From contig JBIKWN010000012.1 in NCBI GenBank assembly GCA_044356295.1, positions 1 to 51,268 of the forward strand: a stretch of DNA of 51,268 nucleotides, in the 5' to 3' direction. The notes beneath the pieces are model-generated. The model was given only the letters and a program-made list of their open reading frames with translations. It was not told the origin of the DNA and ran no database searches. A program made the position numbers and the translations under genes. Below are positions 18,795 through 27,992 of this stretch, in pieces (the stretch's first letter is position 1; each line of letters starts with the position of its first letter). The stretch comes from Bdellovibrionota bacterium (GTDB lineage: Bacteria > Bdellovibrionota_C > UBA2361 > JBIKWN01).

Positions 18795-21700
18795 TTAGCT
18801 ATCTAGTTGTGCCTCTGCAATAGGCTTAGTCAAGTCACGCGCTGTGTAACAAATACTGCTTACTTGATAATGATTAAAACTTAGAGCCGGCGCATCTGCC
18901 AATAAGACAGCAGATTTTCCTTTAACGTATTTTTCTGACAAATAAAGAGAGATATCCGGCCTATTCGTCTGAGCCCTACCGCTTCCATCGCCAACGATTA
19001 GAATCTTTGAGTATCCTGCATCGCTTGCCCAAGATTCTATATAATCTAAAAATCCTTCCACAAAAGTTCCTACATTATACTTTGTAATAGCACTTTGCAG
19101 TGGGTTTAGTCCTCTTACTAGAATTACCTTTTCATCCGTTCCCAGCACTTGCGCAGGGATCAGCAATGTCGCACCAAGTAATTTTGCATCAAGACTATCT
19201 AGGTTTTTTCCAAATAAGACTGGCACAATCGTCGGATTATTTGCCAAAATATTAGGCTGGCGTGACCAACAAGCATCGCAAATTTGGCCAGATGCTTCTC
19301 CTAAAACAGAACGATTTGGAATCGCCATAATAGTTTCTTGTTCTGACGAAGCTATTCCTTGATACCGTTTTAATTCATCTCGAAATATTTTTGTTGGGAA
19401 ATAATGCTTTAATTCCTGACACTGCTTAGTCGAAAGCTTTGTCCCATCCATTTCAACTTTTTTTACACCCTCTTCAAGCACGTGGTGCTCTACAAACTCT
19501 AATACTGGGGCAAGTGTCGATATATCAATATTCCCCCCGACTAATTTCAAGACTGCTGGTTCACTATGATTAAGTTCTAAGGCAGATTTAAAGCACAACC
19601 TTCTTAATGGCGCAGCTATAGATGCTGCTTCGCGTTTAGAAAACTTATGACTAGACACCTTATGCAATAAATCGCAATGATCTTTGGACTTTTCTATAAC
19701 TTTAATGGCGTCAGACAACATTCCCATCTGCTTGGTGATTGCTTTTACTTCTTCTTCCCGCGAAAGCTCTTTCTTTTTTGCTGTAAGCACTGATTCTATT
19801 TGCTTTAGCTCGAAAATTAGCTCGGCCTTTACTTCAGAAAATACCCTATCTGCGGAACGTTCTTCACACCATTGAATATCTTTTAGATACTCCGAAACCT
19901 TTAACGAGCAATCATGCGACATAGAAAAATTCTGCGCGCTTCGCTCATCTAATCTTGAAGCTAGGAAAGATCCTGGCTTCATATGATCAGGAACTGGAGC
20001 AATCTGCCCTTGCTGCGCAGAAAATTGAAAGCTATTTAAGAACGATTCAAAGTTTACATTCGTCTTCCATTGCGATTCGTGATAACGAGTAATCGCTGCA
20101 ATTACTTCTAATTCTACCGGGGATGGCATGGAAAATTGACCGCTATTCACAAGCGCACCAAGAAGTGTGTTCATCGTAGTCTTTAATTCCGAAATCCCTT
20201 GCTTTCCACTTAGTGTTACAGAATCTCCGACCAATGACTTAGGGACCGCTCCTCCCATACTTAATGCGCGATAAGCCATAAACAACGAAGGATAAGGACT
20301 AACCCCAAAATCTCGGAAAAAATCTACGATAATAGGAACTTCAGATGGAGCCAATGCGATTTGCTGGTCGCGCAAAATACCACCAATTTGCTCAACTCCG
20401 TTAAATCCATCAAGAGTTCCAAATCCCGCATCTGCTATCTGACCCAACGATTGCATGACAACAGGTAGTTGTGATTGGTTAGATAGCAAATTTAGTGGGC
20501 CAGTAGCTAACTTTAAACCTTGATTTAATACTAGTGATGTCCTTGTTGCAGGTGCATCTTTTAAAAAGTCCGCCAAGACCTCTACTGATTCATCGTTATT
20601 GTACTCAAAGGGCAATCGAAATAATCCCGGGATAATTGACGCACCAAATGAAATATCTTTATTTATTAGTAGCGTTAATCGATTAGGAAGATTTCCATTT
20701 GTTTGCGCTTCTAAATACCAAGCGCAAAGTTGCACAGCTTCCTGTACTTCATTCCGTCTGTCTAAATTGGCTTCTAGGTCGGGACTAAAAAGTCTATTTC
20801 CACTGCTTCTAACCAGTTCACGGATCAAAGGAAATTCATCTAAATTAATTGAAGTCTTTAAATTAAGATGTGTTTCCAGCATAGATGTAATTACACCCAA
20901 CATATCATGAGCCAACCGTACTTCTTGACCACAAACTTCTGCTGTATGACTTGCAATTTTCTTGACTTCTTCAAATCTTTGCAAATCCTCACTAATATAT
21001 TTAGTCCAATATGCAGTTGATAACATCGCTTTTAAAAGCGTATCTTCCGCCGATTTAGAATTAATGCACTTATTGATTTCTTGAAGCAGTTCTTTTACTT
21101 CGCTAGCATTTGATGCTTTCTGATTTAATTGGCATTTAGAAATTCTATCTAAATCACCATCGCTCAGAACATCGACTTTTGTCGCAGCGTAAATGAAGGA
21201 TCCACGTGTATTCCCCATTTCGTTTAGAACAATATTACGAGGACTAGACTTAATATCTGAATATTTAGGACTTCCTCTAGATATCTGCTTTAGCTCGTTA
21301 TATTCTTCGATATGCTCTTTGACCAAATTTGTATTTCTTATTAAGTACAAGGCATCATAAATTCCACTTCCATACGTTTGCGAAATAGCTGACTTTACTT
21401 CTTCGTATAATTGACCATAGTTTACGGGATCTCTTCCAATTTCAATTATATCTTCACGTTCAACCGAACTTAAAAGATAATCTACCAAGTCATAACTTAG
21501 CTTCCAATCGCCTCTAGATTGTATCTTTAACTTTTTAAAAGTTGCGATTCCTATCGCTGCTTGTTCTGTTTCTTCTAGACTTAAGTCGACTAACTTTGAT
21601 AACTGAACTAGCTCCTCTTTTTTGATTGATAAAGTTTCTACTATTTCATTCTCGGTATAGTTTGGCTTAAGTTCTGCGGTTGAAAGGGCTACGCAAGCAA

Positions 21701-23651
21701 GAAATTTCCTGTCGCTATCGACTAAGCTGGTATCACGCCTTAAAGCGGCAAGCAGATTTTCGACACCAGAAGACGGGTTTTTAATAACTGAACTAACAAT
21801 GATGCTACGACTAGTGCCACTACCTTCGGGATTATCGGTGAAGGTATCTAAAAGGATATCTGCAACTTCTTCATTTAGACATAAGTCCCGACACAAATTC
21901 GTGGCTACTTTTTTCTCGTAACTACTCCCATTCTGCCTTATGTATAAAAGTGCTTTCCACTTAATATCTTCGCGTACGTAGTAGGATTCGGGGTTGGCAT
22001 CAAGCAGTTTTTTGGCTTCTTTAAGTTCAGCGGGCCATGTTTCAACATCTACAGTCTCTATGTCATCAACTACATTATTGTTATGTGACCCGATTGCCTT
22101 TCTTATGTGCCAGTCAGCACCAGTTATCGATCCGTTCATCACCCTTGATACTTCACGTACAGTTTGTGGAGCCGCGATAAGTCTGCGATAAAATTCTTCC
22201 CTTCTAAGTTTGTTAGCAGGTAATGGATTTGACGAATCTAATGTTAAGTTAATTAAAAGATCTAATGCGATTCGATGTCCGCCCTCGCATGTACGAACCC
22301 CTGTTGTATCGTATCCTCGAAAAGCTGACATAACTTTATCAAATGATTCTCTTGCGTTACTTTCATGATACCCCAAATAAGGGGGTTCATACCTTACATT
22401 TGAATAAGATCGATTATCATCGATGTTGACCTCAGATCTTATTGATAGCAAATCTTCGGTATGCACAAAATTAAGCAATTCTTCTGCTAAACGTACCTCG
22501 TTAAAGGACCGAACATATACAGCACGTATCCATGATGCTGAAGGCAAGTGGTGCTGAAGTGATTCGATTTGACTAGGTATGACCTCACCCTCACTCATTG
22601 ATACTAGCTCACTCATTACATCAGCGTACACTTCTGCAAGTCTAGCAGACAAAATTCGATGTTGATCGTATGCGCCACTAACAAATATTGCCCTCCAAGT
22701 AGGAACCTCCTGATCTAGGCGATTAATATAGATATGAATGCTGGGATCTAGAGCTTCGATATCCTTGTCAGGTAAGTCATAAGCAAATGATGCAAAGTAC
22801 ATAAAATATTCTACTGGCATCAATCCTTTGATAAATTCGGGCGTAATTTGGTGACCTTCTGGTAGTGGTGTTCGGTACTTATCCAAAAAGCTTTTCAACT
22901 GATCTTGAAGCTCTTGATCTAACTGCAGGCGATTTTCTGCACATAATTTAAATCCAGCTTTGGCAAAATTTTCAACACAATTTTCTTGTTCATATTCACT
23001 AATTTCATATCTGCTTTCACCTCTATTCGAATACAAAAGTTTTGAATGTGATAAGTCTTGAAGCTTATCTGCTAGCTCTTGCTTGTGACGAATAGAATCC
23101 TTATTCCTCCAAAAGCCAAGTACAGGTTTCTTTAATTCGCGTATCTCGTCCCATACTGCACACACTTTACTGACGACAGTACTTCTATCAACACCAAGAT
23201 CGTTTAGCTGCTGGTCATACTGATCATGTGCTCGATTAGAAAGTTCAATTGTTACAGCATGCAGAAGTTGATTATCGTGAAGGGTAGCGGTTAAGCAGTC
23301 AAAATAATCATTTATTACATCAGAAAGTTGGTTGGTGGTTTCCCGACACGATAACTGCTCTATCATGCTGGTTAGGGTAAGCTTGTTTGCATCGATTGAT
23401 TCAGTCAGTAACTTTTGCTTAACCTCCAATTCCAGATCATCCATGCTGCTGATAGATTGCAAGGAATAATCATCAAGCTTAAGTTTTTTAAGATCTGCTG
23501 CGCGTAAGTTGACTTGACTTGCAAATGAAGAAACGTCATTTGCAAGATTCTTGGCAGCGCTTTCAAGCTGCGCTGGGGTATGCTTCACCATTAAGGCACT
23601 ATTCGAAGCGCATAATTGCTGAGCTATGGATGATTGCAAAGTGTTCGGCAT
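18795..23651 (-). CDS. Large hypothetical protein (1618 aa)
   Basis: Uninterrupted ORF, mostly helical. C-terminal alpha/beta domain with SGQICDACW, ILVRGLNP, TNRP and FNHY. Confidence 0.85.
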   Translation of the reverse strand: MPNTLQSSIAQQLCASNSALMVKHTPAQLESAAKNLANDVSSFASQVNLRAADLKKLKLDDYSLQSISSMDDLELEVKQKLLTESIDANKLTLTSMIEQLSCRETTNQLSDVINDYFDCLTATLHDNQLLHAVTIELSNRAHDQYDQQLNDLGVDRSTVVSKVCAVWDEIRELKKPVLGFWRNKDSIRHKQELADKLQDLSHSKLLYSNRGESRYEISEYEQENCVENFAKAGFKLCAENRLQLDQELQDQLKSFLDKYRTPLPEGHQITPEFIKGLMPVEYFMYFASFAYDLPDKDIEALDPSIHIYINRLDQEVPTWRAIFVSGAYDQHRILSARLAEVYADVMSELVSMSEGEVIPSQIESLQHHLPSASWIRAVYVRSFNEVRLAEELLNFVHTEDLLSIRSEVNIDDNRSYSNVRYEPPYLGYHESNARESFDKVMSAFRGYDTTGVRTCEGGHRIALDLLINLTLDSSNPLPANKLRREEFYRRLIAAPQTVREVSRVMNGSITGADWHIRKAIGSHNNNVVDDIETVDVETWPAELKEAKKLLDANPESYYVREDIKWKALLYIRQNGSSYEKKVATNLCRDLCLNEEVADILLDTFTDNPEGSGTSRSIIVSSVIKNPSSGVENLLAALRRDTSLVDSDRKFLACVALSTAELKPNYTENEIVETLSIKKEELVQLSKLVDLSLEETEQAAIGIATFKKLKIQSRGDWKLSYDLVDYLLSSVEREDIIEIGRDPVNYGQLYEEVKSAISQTYGSGIYDALYLIRNTNLVKEHIEEYNELKQISRGSPKYSDIKSSPRNIVLNEMGNTRGSFIYAATKVDVLSDGDLDRISKCQLNQKASNASEVKELLQEINKCINSKSAEDTLLKAMLSTAYWTKYISEDLQRFEEVKKIASHTAEVCGQEVRLAHDMLGVITSMLETHLNLKTSINLDEFPLIRELVRSSGNRLFSPDLEANLDRRNEVQEAVQLCAWYLEAQTNGNLPNRLTLLINKDISFGASIIPGLFRLPFEYNNDESVEVLADFLKDAPATRTSLVLNQGLKLATGPLNLLSNQSQLPVVMQSLGQIADAGFGTLDGFNGVEQIGGILRDQQIALAPSEVPIIVDFFRDFGVSPYPSLFMAYRALSMGGAVPKSLVGDSVTLSGKQGISELKTTMNTLLGALVNSGQFSMPSPVELEVIAAITRYHESQWKTNVNFESFLNSFQFSAQQGQIAPVPDHMKPGSFLASRLDERSAQNFSMSHDCSLKVSEYLKDIQWCEERSADRVFSEVKAELIFELKQIESVLTAKKKELSREEEVKAITKQMGMLSDAIKVIEKSKDHCDLLHKVSSHKFSKREAASIAAPLRRLCFKSALELNHSEPAVLKLVGGNIDISTLAPVLEFVEHHVLEEGVKKVEMDGTKLSTKQCQELKHYFPTKIFRDELKRYQGIASSEQETIMAIPNRSVLGEASGQICDACWSRQPNILANNPTIVPVLFGKNLDSLDAKLLGATLLIPAQVLGTDEKVILVRGLNPLQSAITKYNVGTFVEGFLDYIESWASDAGYSKILIVGDGSGRAQTNRPDISLYLSEKYVKGKSAVLLADAPALSFNHYQVSSICYTARDLTKPIAEAQLDS

Positions 23652-23812
23652 GCAGTGATATATTCTATTTACTTCATACCATTATCGGACCATCTACCAG
23701 ATTTGATTCGACTTTTTTACTACAATTTTACTTTAATCTATAGGCTAGAGTTCGCATACTTGTGCCTAACATATTGATATTACAGCGTTACCTTGCCTTG
23801 CTGAAGAAGATC

Positions 23813-23884
23813 TTGGTACAGGGTAACTTTCAATATGATTTAACCTACTAAAAGTATTATATAATCCGAGTTACCTTGTACCAA
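23813..23884 (+). repeat. 72-bp hairpin element (REPIN/MITE-like), copy 1
   Basis: TTGGTACAGGGTAACT-N40-AGTTACCTTGTACCAA; 63/72 identical to the reverse complement of 26405-26476. Confidence 0.9.
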
Positions 23885-23923
23885 TTATATTCTCTCCGAG
23901 TTACCTTGTACCAATTATATTCT
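23865..23923 (+). repeat. Tandem 30-bp duplication of the element's right end
   Basis: TCCGAGTTACCTTGTACCAATTATATTCT occurs at 23865 and again at 23895. Confidence 0.9.
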
Positions 23924-23999
23924 TCCGCTAAATGGGGATCACCCCAGGTTTGTTTGACTCTTCTTCTGAGTTGCTAAAAATTTAGCTGAGAAGATGTAA

Positions 24000-24072
24000 T
24001 CGTTACAGGGTAACTATTATTGGATAAGAGTTACATTGGATTACGATCTAACCGAAAGTTATCTTGTACCAA
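24000..24072 (+). repeat. 73-bp hairpin element, divergent copy
   Basis: TCGTTACAGGGTAACT...AGTTATCTTGTACCAA: same terminal repeats and near-identical length, different interior. Confidence 0.75.
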
Positions 24073-24103
24073 TAAGAGTTTCGCCCAAAATAGAGGAAAG
24101 AAA

Positions 24104-24132
24104 AGTGGGCCTCATTGTGAAAAAGGCCCACT
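24104..24132 (-). terminator. Intrinsic terminator of 24142..24612
   Basis: AGTGGGCCT/AGGCCCACT stem followed by a U-rich tract on the minus strand. Confidence 0.7.
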
Positions 24133-24141
24133 GAGTGAGCA

Positions 24142-24612
24142 TTACTGCTTCTGGCACTGCTGCAGACGCCACGCTGTGCTACGTAGTCGCTTTTCAAACC
24201 GTGCATTTTTTTGTTTTAATTTTTTCAGTTGCTTTTTGAGTCCTTGATTTCGTTTATCAAGTACGTTGGCACGATGGGTAGCTTTTTGCAGTGCTGCCGA
24301 AGTTCCTTTAGTGCTGACCGATTCAACTTGGAATGGGCACTCTGCTGCTAAGGACTCTGTATCCTTTTGAACTTCAGATGACAGGGCATCGTACAGGTCA
24401 CGACACTCATCGCTCATCGTGTTGCACTCGTCAGCTGGATCTGAGCTGCAGGTTAAGTCGCTTATAGCGCATTGCTTATCAAGTTCAATATAGCGGTCCG
24501 AAATACTCTGATTGAGGGTATCCCAGCGATTTTGACAGTCTTCGTTGTCAGCCATCGCAAGGCATGGCGCCATGCAACAGACCCCAACGAGGGTAATAAT
24601 TTTTTTAAACAT
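24142..24612 (-). CDS. Secreted Cys-containing protein with acidic core and basic coiled-coil tail
   Basis: Signal peptide MFKKIITLVGVCCMAPCLAMA; tail KKQLKKLKQKNARFEKRLR. Confidence 0.75.
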   Translation of the reverse strand: MFKKIITLVGVCCMAPCLAMADNEDCQNRWDTLNQSISDRYIELDKQCAISDLTCSSDPADECNTMSDECRDLYDALSSEVQKDTESLAAECPFQVESVSTKGTSAALQKATHRANVLDKRNQGLKKQLKKLKQKNARFEKRLRSTAWRLQQCQKQ

Positions 24613-24636
24613 AATACTTTCCTTTGACGTTAAAAT

Positions 24637-24653
24637 ATGGGAAAATTTCCCAT
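24637..24653. promoter_or_regulatory. Palindromic operator between divergent genes
   Basis: ATGGGAAA-A-TTTCCCAT, lying between inward-facing TTGACG -35 boxes at 24624-24629 (+) and 24685-24690 (-). Confidence 0.65.
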
Positions 24654-24715
24654 GCAAGGGAGGATGCCATAGCTTTTCTTGTCTCGTCAAGGGAAAATGG
24701 TACCTCGGTATAAAA

Positions 24716-25552
24716 ATGTCTCAACGAAGTTTTCTTCCAGTTCTCCTTCGTCCATTCGCTCGATTCTTCTTGCGACGCGGTGTGGTGCTGTCTGAAGGGA
24801 TTGATTCACTGAAGCACGCGCTGCTTGAAGCAGGTGCTGAGCTGCTTGAAAAAAACGGCGAAGCGCTCACGGCAAGTCGCTTGAGTGTTATGACAGGTGT
24901 GCACCGTAAAGACTGTGCTGCGTTTTTGAAAGGGAGTAAGCCCCAACGCGATGGAACCTCTTTGTTAATTCATGTCATCGGCGCGTGGCAAAGTAAGAAA
25001 AAATTTAAAGATAAAGATGGTGCGTTGCGTTCACTGACTTGTGGCAATGAGCGCAGTGAATTTGCCGAGCTTGTTCGCAGCTGTGGCTCTGATGTGCATC
25101 CTGCAACAGTTTTACGTGAACTTGAACGGCTTGGTATTGTATCCATACAAGATGCAATTGTTACACTCTTGAAAAAAGGATTTGTCACAACGGCAAATGA
25201 TGAGCAAAGTGCAGGTTTAGTTGCCCGTGATATTGATGATTTGTTACTTTGTGCAGAAGAAAATATTACTGCCAGTGGCGTTAAGCCAAATCATCATACA
25301 ACGACATCATATGATAATATTCCTGTTGAGTATCAAGCGACACTACAAGCGTGGATTCAAAAGGAAGCTGCCACGTTTCATGAGCGAATCCGTCAACATG
25401 TAGCATCGTATGACCGAGATCTAACAGAGCAAACATTAACCGATAAGAATCAAGGCACCGTGCGCTTTGTGTTTGGTTCATTCGCTCGTGTGAAACTAAT
25501 TGATAAACAACAAAAAGAGAAAGACCAAGGGGATACACATGAAGCATCATAA
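24716..25552 (+). CDS. DUF6502-like family protein (putative HTH regulator)
   Basis: LLRPFARFFLRRG...SRLSVMTGVHRKDC...VIGAW...FAELVRSCGSDVHPATVLRELERLG pattern; ATG at 24716. Confidence 0.8.
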   Translation: MSQRSFLPVLLRPFARFFLRRGVVLSEGIDSLKHALLEAGAELLEKNGEALTASRLSVMTGVHRKDCAAFLKGSKPQRDGTSLLIHVIGAWQSKKKFKDKDGALRSLTCGNERSEFAELVRSCGSDVHPATVLRELERLGIVSIQDAIVTLLKKGFVTTANDEQSAGLVARDIDDLLLCAEENITASGVKPNHHTTTSYDNIPVEYQATLQAWIQKEAATFHERIRQHVASYDRDLTEQTLTDKNQGTVRFVFGSFARVKLIDKQQKEKDQGDTHEAS

Positions 25553-25967
25553 GAGAAGCAATACCTTGTTGTGTGCGCTTTGCATTGCAGTCAATCTATT
25601 TTGTATAGGTTGTGGCGGAGGTTCCTCTGGTACAGGTGAAATCAACAGCACAGGCATTGTCATTGATGGAACGTGTCGCCCTGTTCAAGATCTGCCCCTT
25701 GATTCATTAGGTGTTGAAAGTATGCAGACAACAACTGCTGCTGATGGCTCGTTTGAGTTTAAGCCAGATAATCAAGGCACCGTATCGGTGCCGACGACTG
25801 CTCAAAATGAATCCATAAAAACGCCAGAACCAGTCTGTGTGGTGATTCAATACGAAGCAGGTCTGATCCAAGAGGTCTTTGTCTATCCCGCAGGCAGTAC
25901 AGATCGTTGCTCTCTAGAATCAATTTTGATGAGTATTCCTAACGCCGTTGATGGCCGTTGTGGATAG
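25539..25967 (+). CDS. Lipoprotein with GGGSSGTG motif, coupled to the DUF6502-like gene
   Basis: Lipobox-like IGC followed by GGGSSGTG; overlaps the upstream stop; AAGGGG RBS. Confidence 0.75.
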   Translation: MKHHKRSNTLLCALCIAVNLFCIGCGGGSSGTGEINSTGIVIDGTCRPVQDLPLDSLGVESMQTTTAADGSFEFKPDNQGTVSVPTTAQNESIKTPEPVCVVIQYEAGLIQEVFVYPAGSTDRCSLESILMSIPNAVDGRCG

Positions 25968-26096
25968 GAAGCTTGCTTTTTCTATTGTACCGTTGGTGTT
26001 GTGATTTCAAGTCTGCTTGGATCAAACTCAGCAGCTTCAAGTTGAAATTGATTCTCATGGATAGTTGTTATGTAGAAGCCTAGTTGCGAAAAGAAA

Positions 26097-26151
26097 CCTC
26101 CGATTTTAGAACTTTAAATAAAGAAGTTTTAAAGTTAACAAAAATCGGAGG
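26097..26151 (+). promoter_or_regulatory. Leader hairpin sequestering the IS110 transposase RBS
   Basis: CCTCCGATTTT...AACTTTAAA / TTTAAAGTT...AAAATCGGAGG; the 3' arm contains GGAGG 6 nt before the ATG at 26158. Confidence 0.65.
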
Positions 26152-26157
26152 AATCAA

Positions 26158-26403
26158 ATGAACAACGAAAAAATATCGTATATTGGTGAAAAAGTCTTCA
26201 TAGGAATGGATGTCCACAGGGATTTTTTTATGTTGAGTGCCGTATGTAAGGGGGTAGCCGTAAAGCGTTGCCGCATAGCACCCAGAGGAGAGGCAGTTTT
26301 GAATTTTATTGTGAAGTATTTCCAGGGTGCGCAAGTGAGTACCTGCTATGAAGCTGGATACAGTGGTTTTTGGTTGCATCGGTATTTAGTTGGAGAGAAA
26401 TAA
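26158..26403 (+). mobile_element. IS110-family transposase N-terminal fragment (truncated)
   Basis: FIGMDVH and YEAGYSGFWLHRYL DEDD-domain motifs; only 81 aa, ending 1 nt before the 72-bp element. Confidence 0.88.
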
Positions 26404-26404
26404 T

Positions 26405-26476
26405 TTGGTACAAGGTAACTAGGATGATATAGTATCTTCAGTACTTTCAATCATATTGAAAGTTACCCTGTACCAA
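26405..26476 (-). repeat. 72-bp hairpin element, copy 2 (inverted relative to copy 1)
   Basis: Its reverse complement matches 23813-23884, with the first 28 nt and last 16 nt identical. Confidence 0.9.
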
Positions 26477-26624
26477 AAACCGTCATCGTTATCCCCAAAG
26501 TGCTTTTTCTAGAGCACTCCTTTAATATGTCATCTACTATGTCATCGCCACAAATGTAATGTTTATGGCAAAGTGACTTAGTCATGACTATTTTTCAATC
26601 CACGGGTTAAAGGACCCATTACTT

Positions 26625-27791
26625 TTGTCAAATTGTTCCCCGATAGCGCACGTTGATATTTCTGCATTTGGAAAAGAATTAGAAGCAATCCGTGACGAAG
26701 CTGTTTCCGCTATAGACGTCAACGACCTTAAGCATTTAAAGCGTGTGGAATGGTACGGCAGGTTTGCGACGATTTTTGGATACGCAACTGCATGGATAGC
26801 ATTTAATCCAATTGCATCTTTCTTTATTAGCTTAGGCCATTTTACTCGATGGCTGGTAGCGCATCATGTTTCCCATCGTGGATATGATAAAGTTCCGGGT
26901 ATGCCCGATAGGCTTACGAGTCGGTATTTTGCAAAAGGCTACAGAAGATTTCTAGATTGGTTTGATTGGATTCATCCGGCAGCATGGTATTACGAACATA
27001 ATATTTTGCATCATTACCATACCGGCGAAGAAAAAGATCCTGATTTAGTCGAAAGATACACTGAGTACTTAAGAAACTTAAAAATCCCACTTTTCTTAAA
27101 GTACATAGCGATGGGAATAGCATCTATCTCTTGGAAGATTATTTATTACGCACCAAATACAATTAGTACACTTGATCCTGTGAATCATAAAAGACTTAAA
27201 GATGATCACTTAGTTTTTATTACTTTAAGAAATATTTTTGAATTAACGAATCCAGTTGTTAGAAGATTATGGACAAGCTGCTATTTGCCATACGGAGTTG
27301 TTCACTTTGTATTGATACCTTTATTATTTTTGCCACTAGGTAGTAATGCTGTTTTCTGGGTTTTTGTGAACAAAATACTTGCAGAGGCTATGACAAATTT
27401 TCATTCTTTTTTAGTTATCGGTCCAAATCATACTGCAGATGATCTTTATCGGTATCAATTTCATTATGACAACAAAGATCAGTTTTATGTTACTCAGATA
27501 ATGGGTTCTGTTAACTATCGATGTGGTCACGAGATTCCTGACTACCTTTGTATTTGGGTTAATTACCAAATTGAGCATCATCTGTTTCCAGATCTACCGA
27601 TGTTAAAATATCGAATGATCCAACCTAAAGTAAAAGCGCTTTGCCAGAAGTATAATGTTCCTTACCGTCAAGAAAGTGTATTTAAACGATTCCAAAGAAT
27701 GCTTGCGGTTTGTGTAGGAACAGCTTCGATGAGGCAGCTGGAAGAGTTTCCGCAGACGTTGAATACGAACACTTCGATGGCGGCGAATTAA
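26625..27791 (+). CDS. Membrane fatty-acid (acyl-CoA) desaturase
   Basis: His boxes HHVSH, HNILHH and QIEHH; TM segments. Confidence 0.92.
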   Translation: MSNCSPIAHVDISAFGKELEAIRDEAVSAIDVNDLKHLKRVEWYGRFATIFGYATAWIAFNPIASFFISLGHFTRWLVAHHVSHRGYDKVPGMPDRLTSRYFAKGYRRFLDWFDWIHPAAWYYEHNILHHYHTGEEKDPDLVERYTEYLRNLKIPLFLKYIAMGIASISWKIIYYAPNTISTLDPVNHKRLKDDHLVFITLRNIFELTNPVVRRLWTSCYLPYGVVHFVLIPLLFLPLGSNAVFWVFVNKILAEAMTNFHSFLVIGPNHTADDLYRYQFHYDNKDQFYVTQIMGSVNYRCGHEIPDYLCIWVNYQIEHHLFPDLPMLKYRMIQPKVKALCQKYNVPYRQESVFKRFQRMLAVCVGTASMRQLEEFPQTLNTNTSMAAN

Positions 27792-27816
27792 CTTTATAAG
27801 AAAACGGTGAAGGAAG

Positions 27817-27982
27817 CGGTGGCGCTACTGCTCTATAGAAAAGGCGTTCATTCGTCTTCTCTCTGTCTTCCTCGTTAAATTTTAGGGGTACTATTGAGAG
27901 GAAAAATAACGCGAAGGACAGGAAGTACGCGAAGGGGTAATGAGAAATTTTTGATGTTTTCCACAGAGCAGTAGCGTCACCG
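27817..27982. repeat. 166-bp element with 26-bp terminal inverted repeats (CGGTGACGCTAC family)
   Basis: CGGTGGCGCTACTGCTCTATAGAAAA versus the reverse complement of 27957-27982, 23/26 identical; shares its core with the 18691 hairpin. Confidence 0.8.
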
Positions 27983-27992
27983 TTAATTCCCG

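Noticed and set aside
23813..24072. CRISPR array or integron attC array
   Set aside because: The repeats are inverted pairs plus one contiguous tandem duplication, with no unique spacers. The cores do not fit RYYYAAC/GTTRRRY, and there is no cas or intI gene.
18538..26476. tRNA-integrated genomic island with att sites
   Set aside because: No integrase, and I saw no direct repeat of the tRNA 3' end; only an inverted 14-mer.
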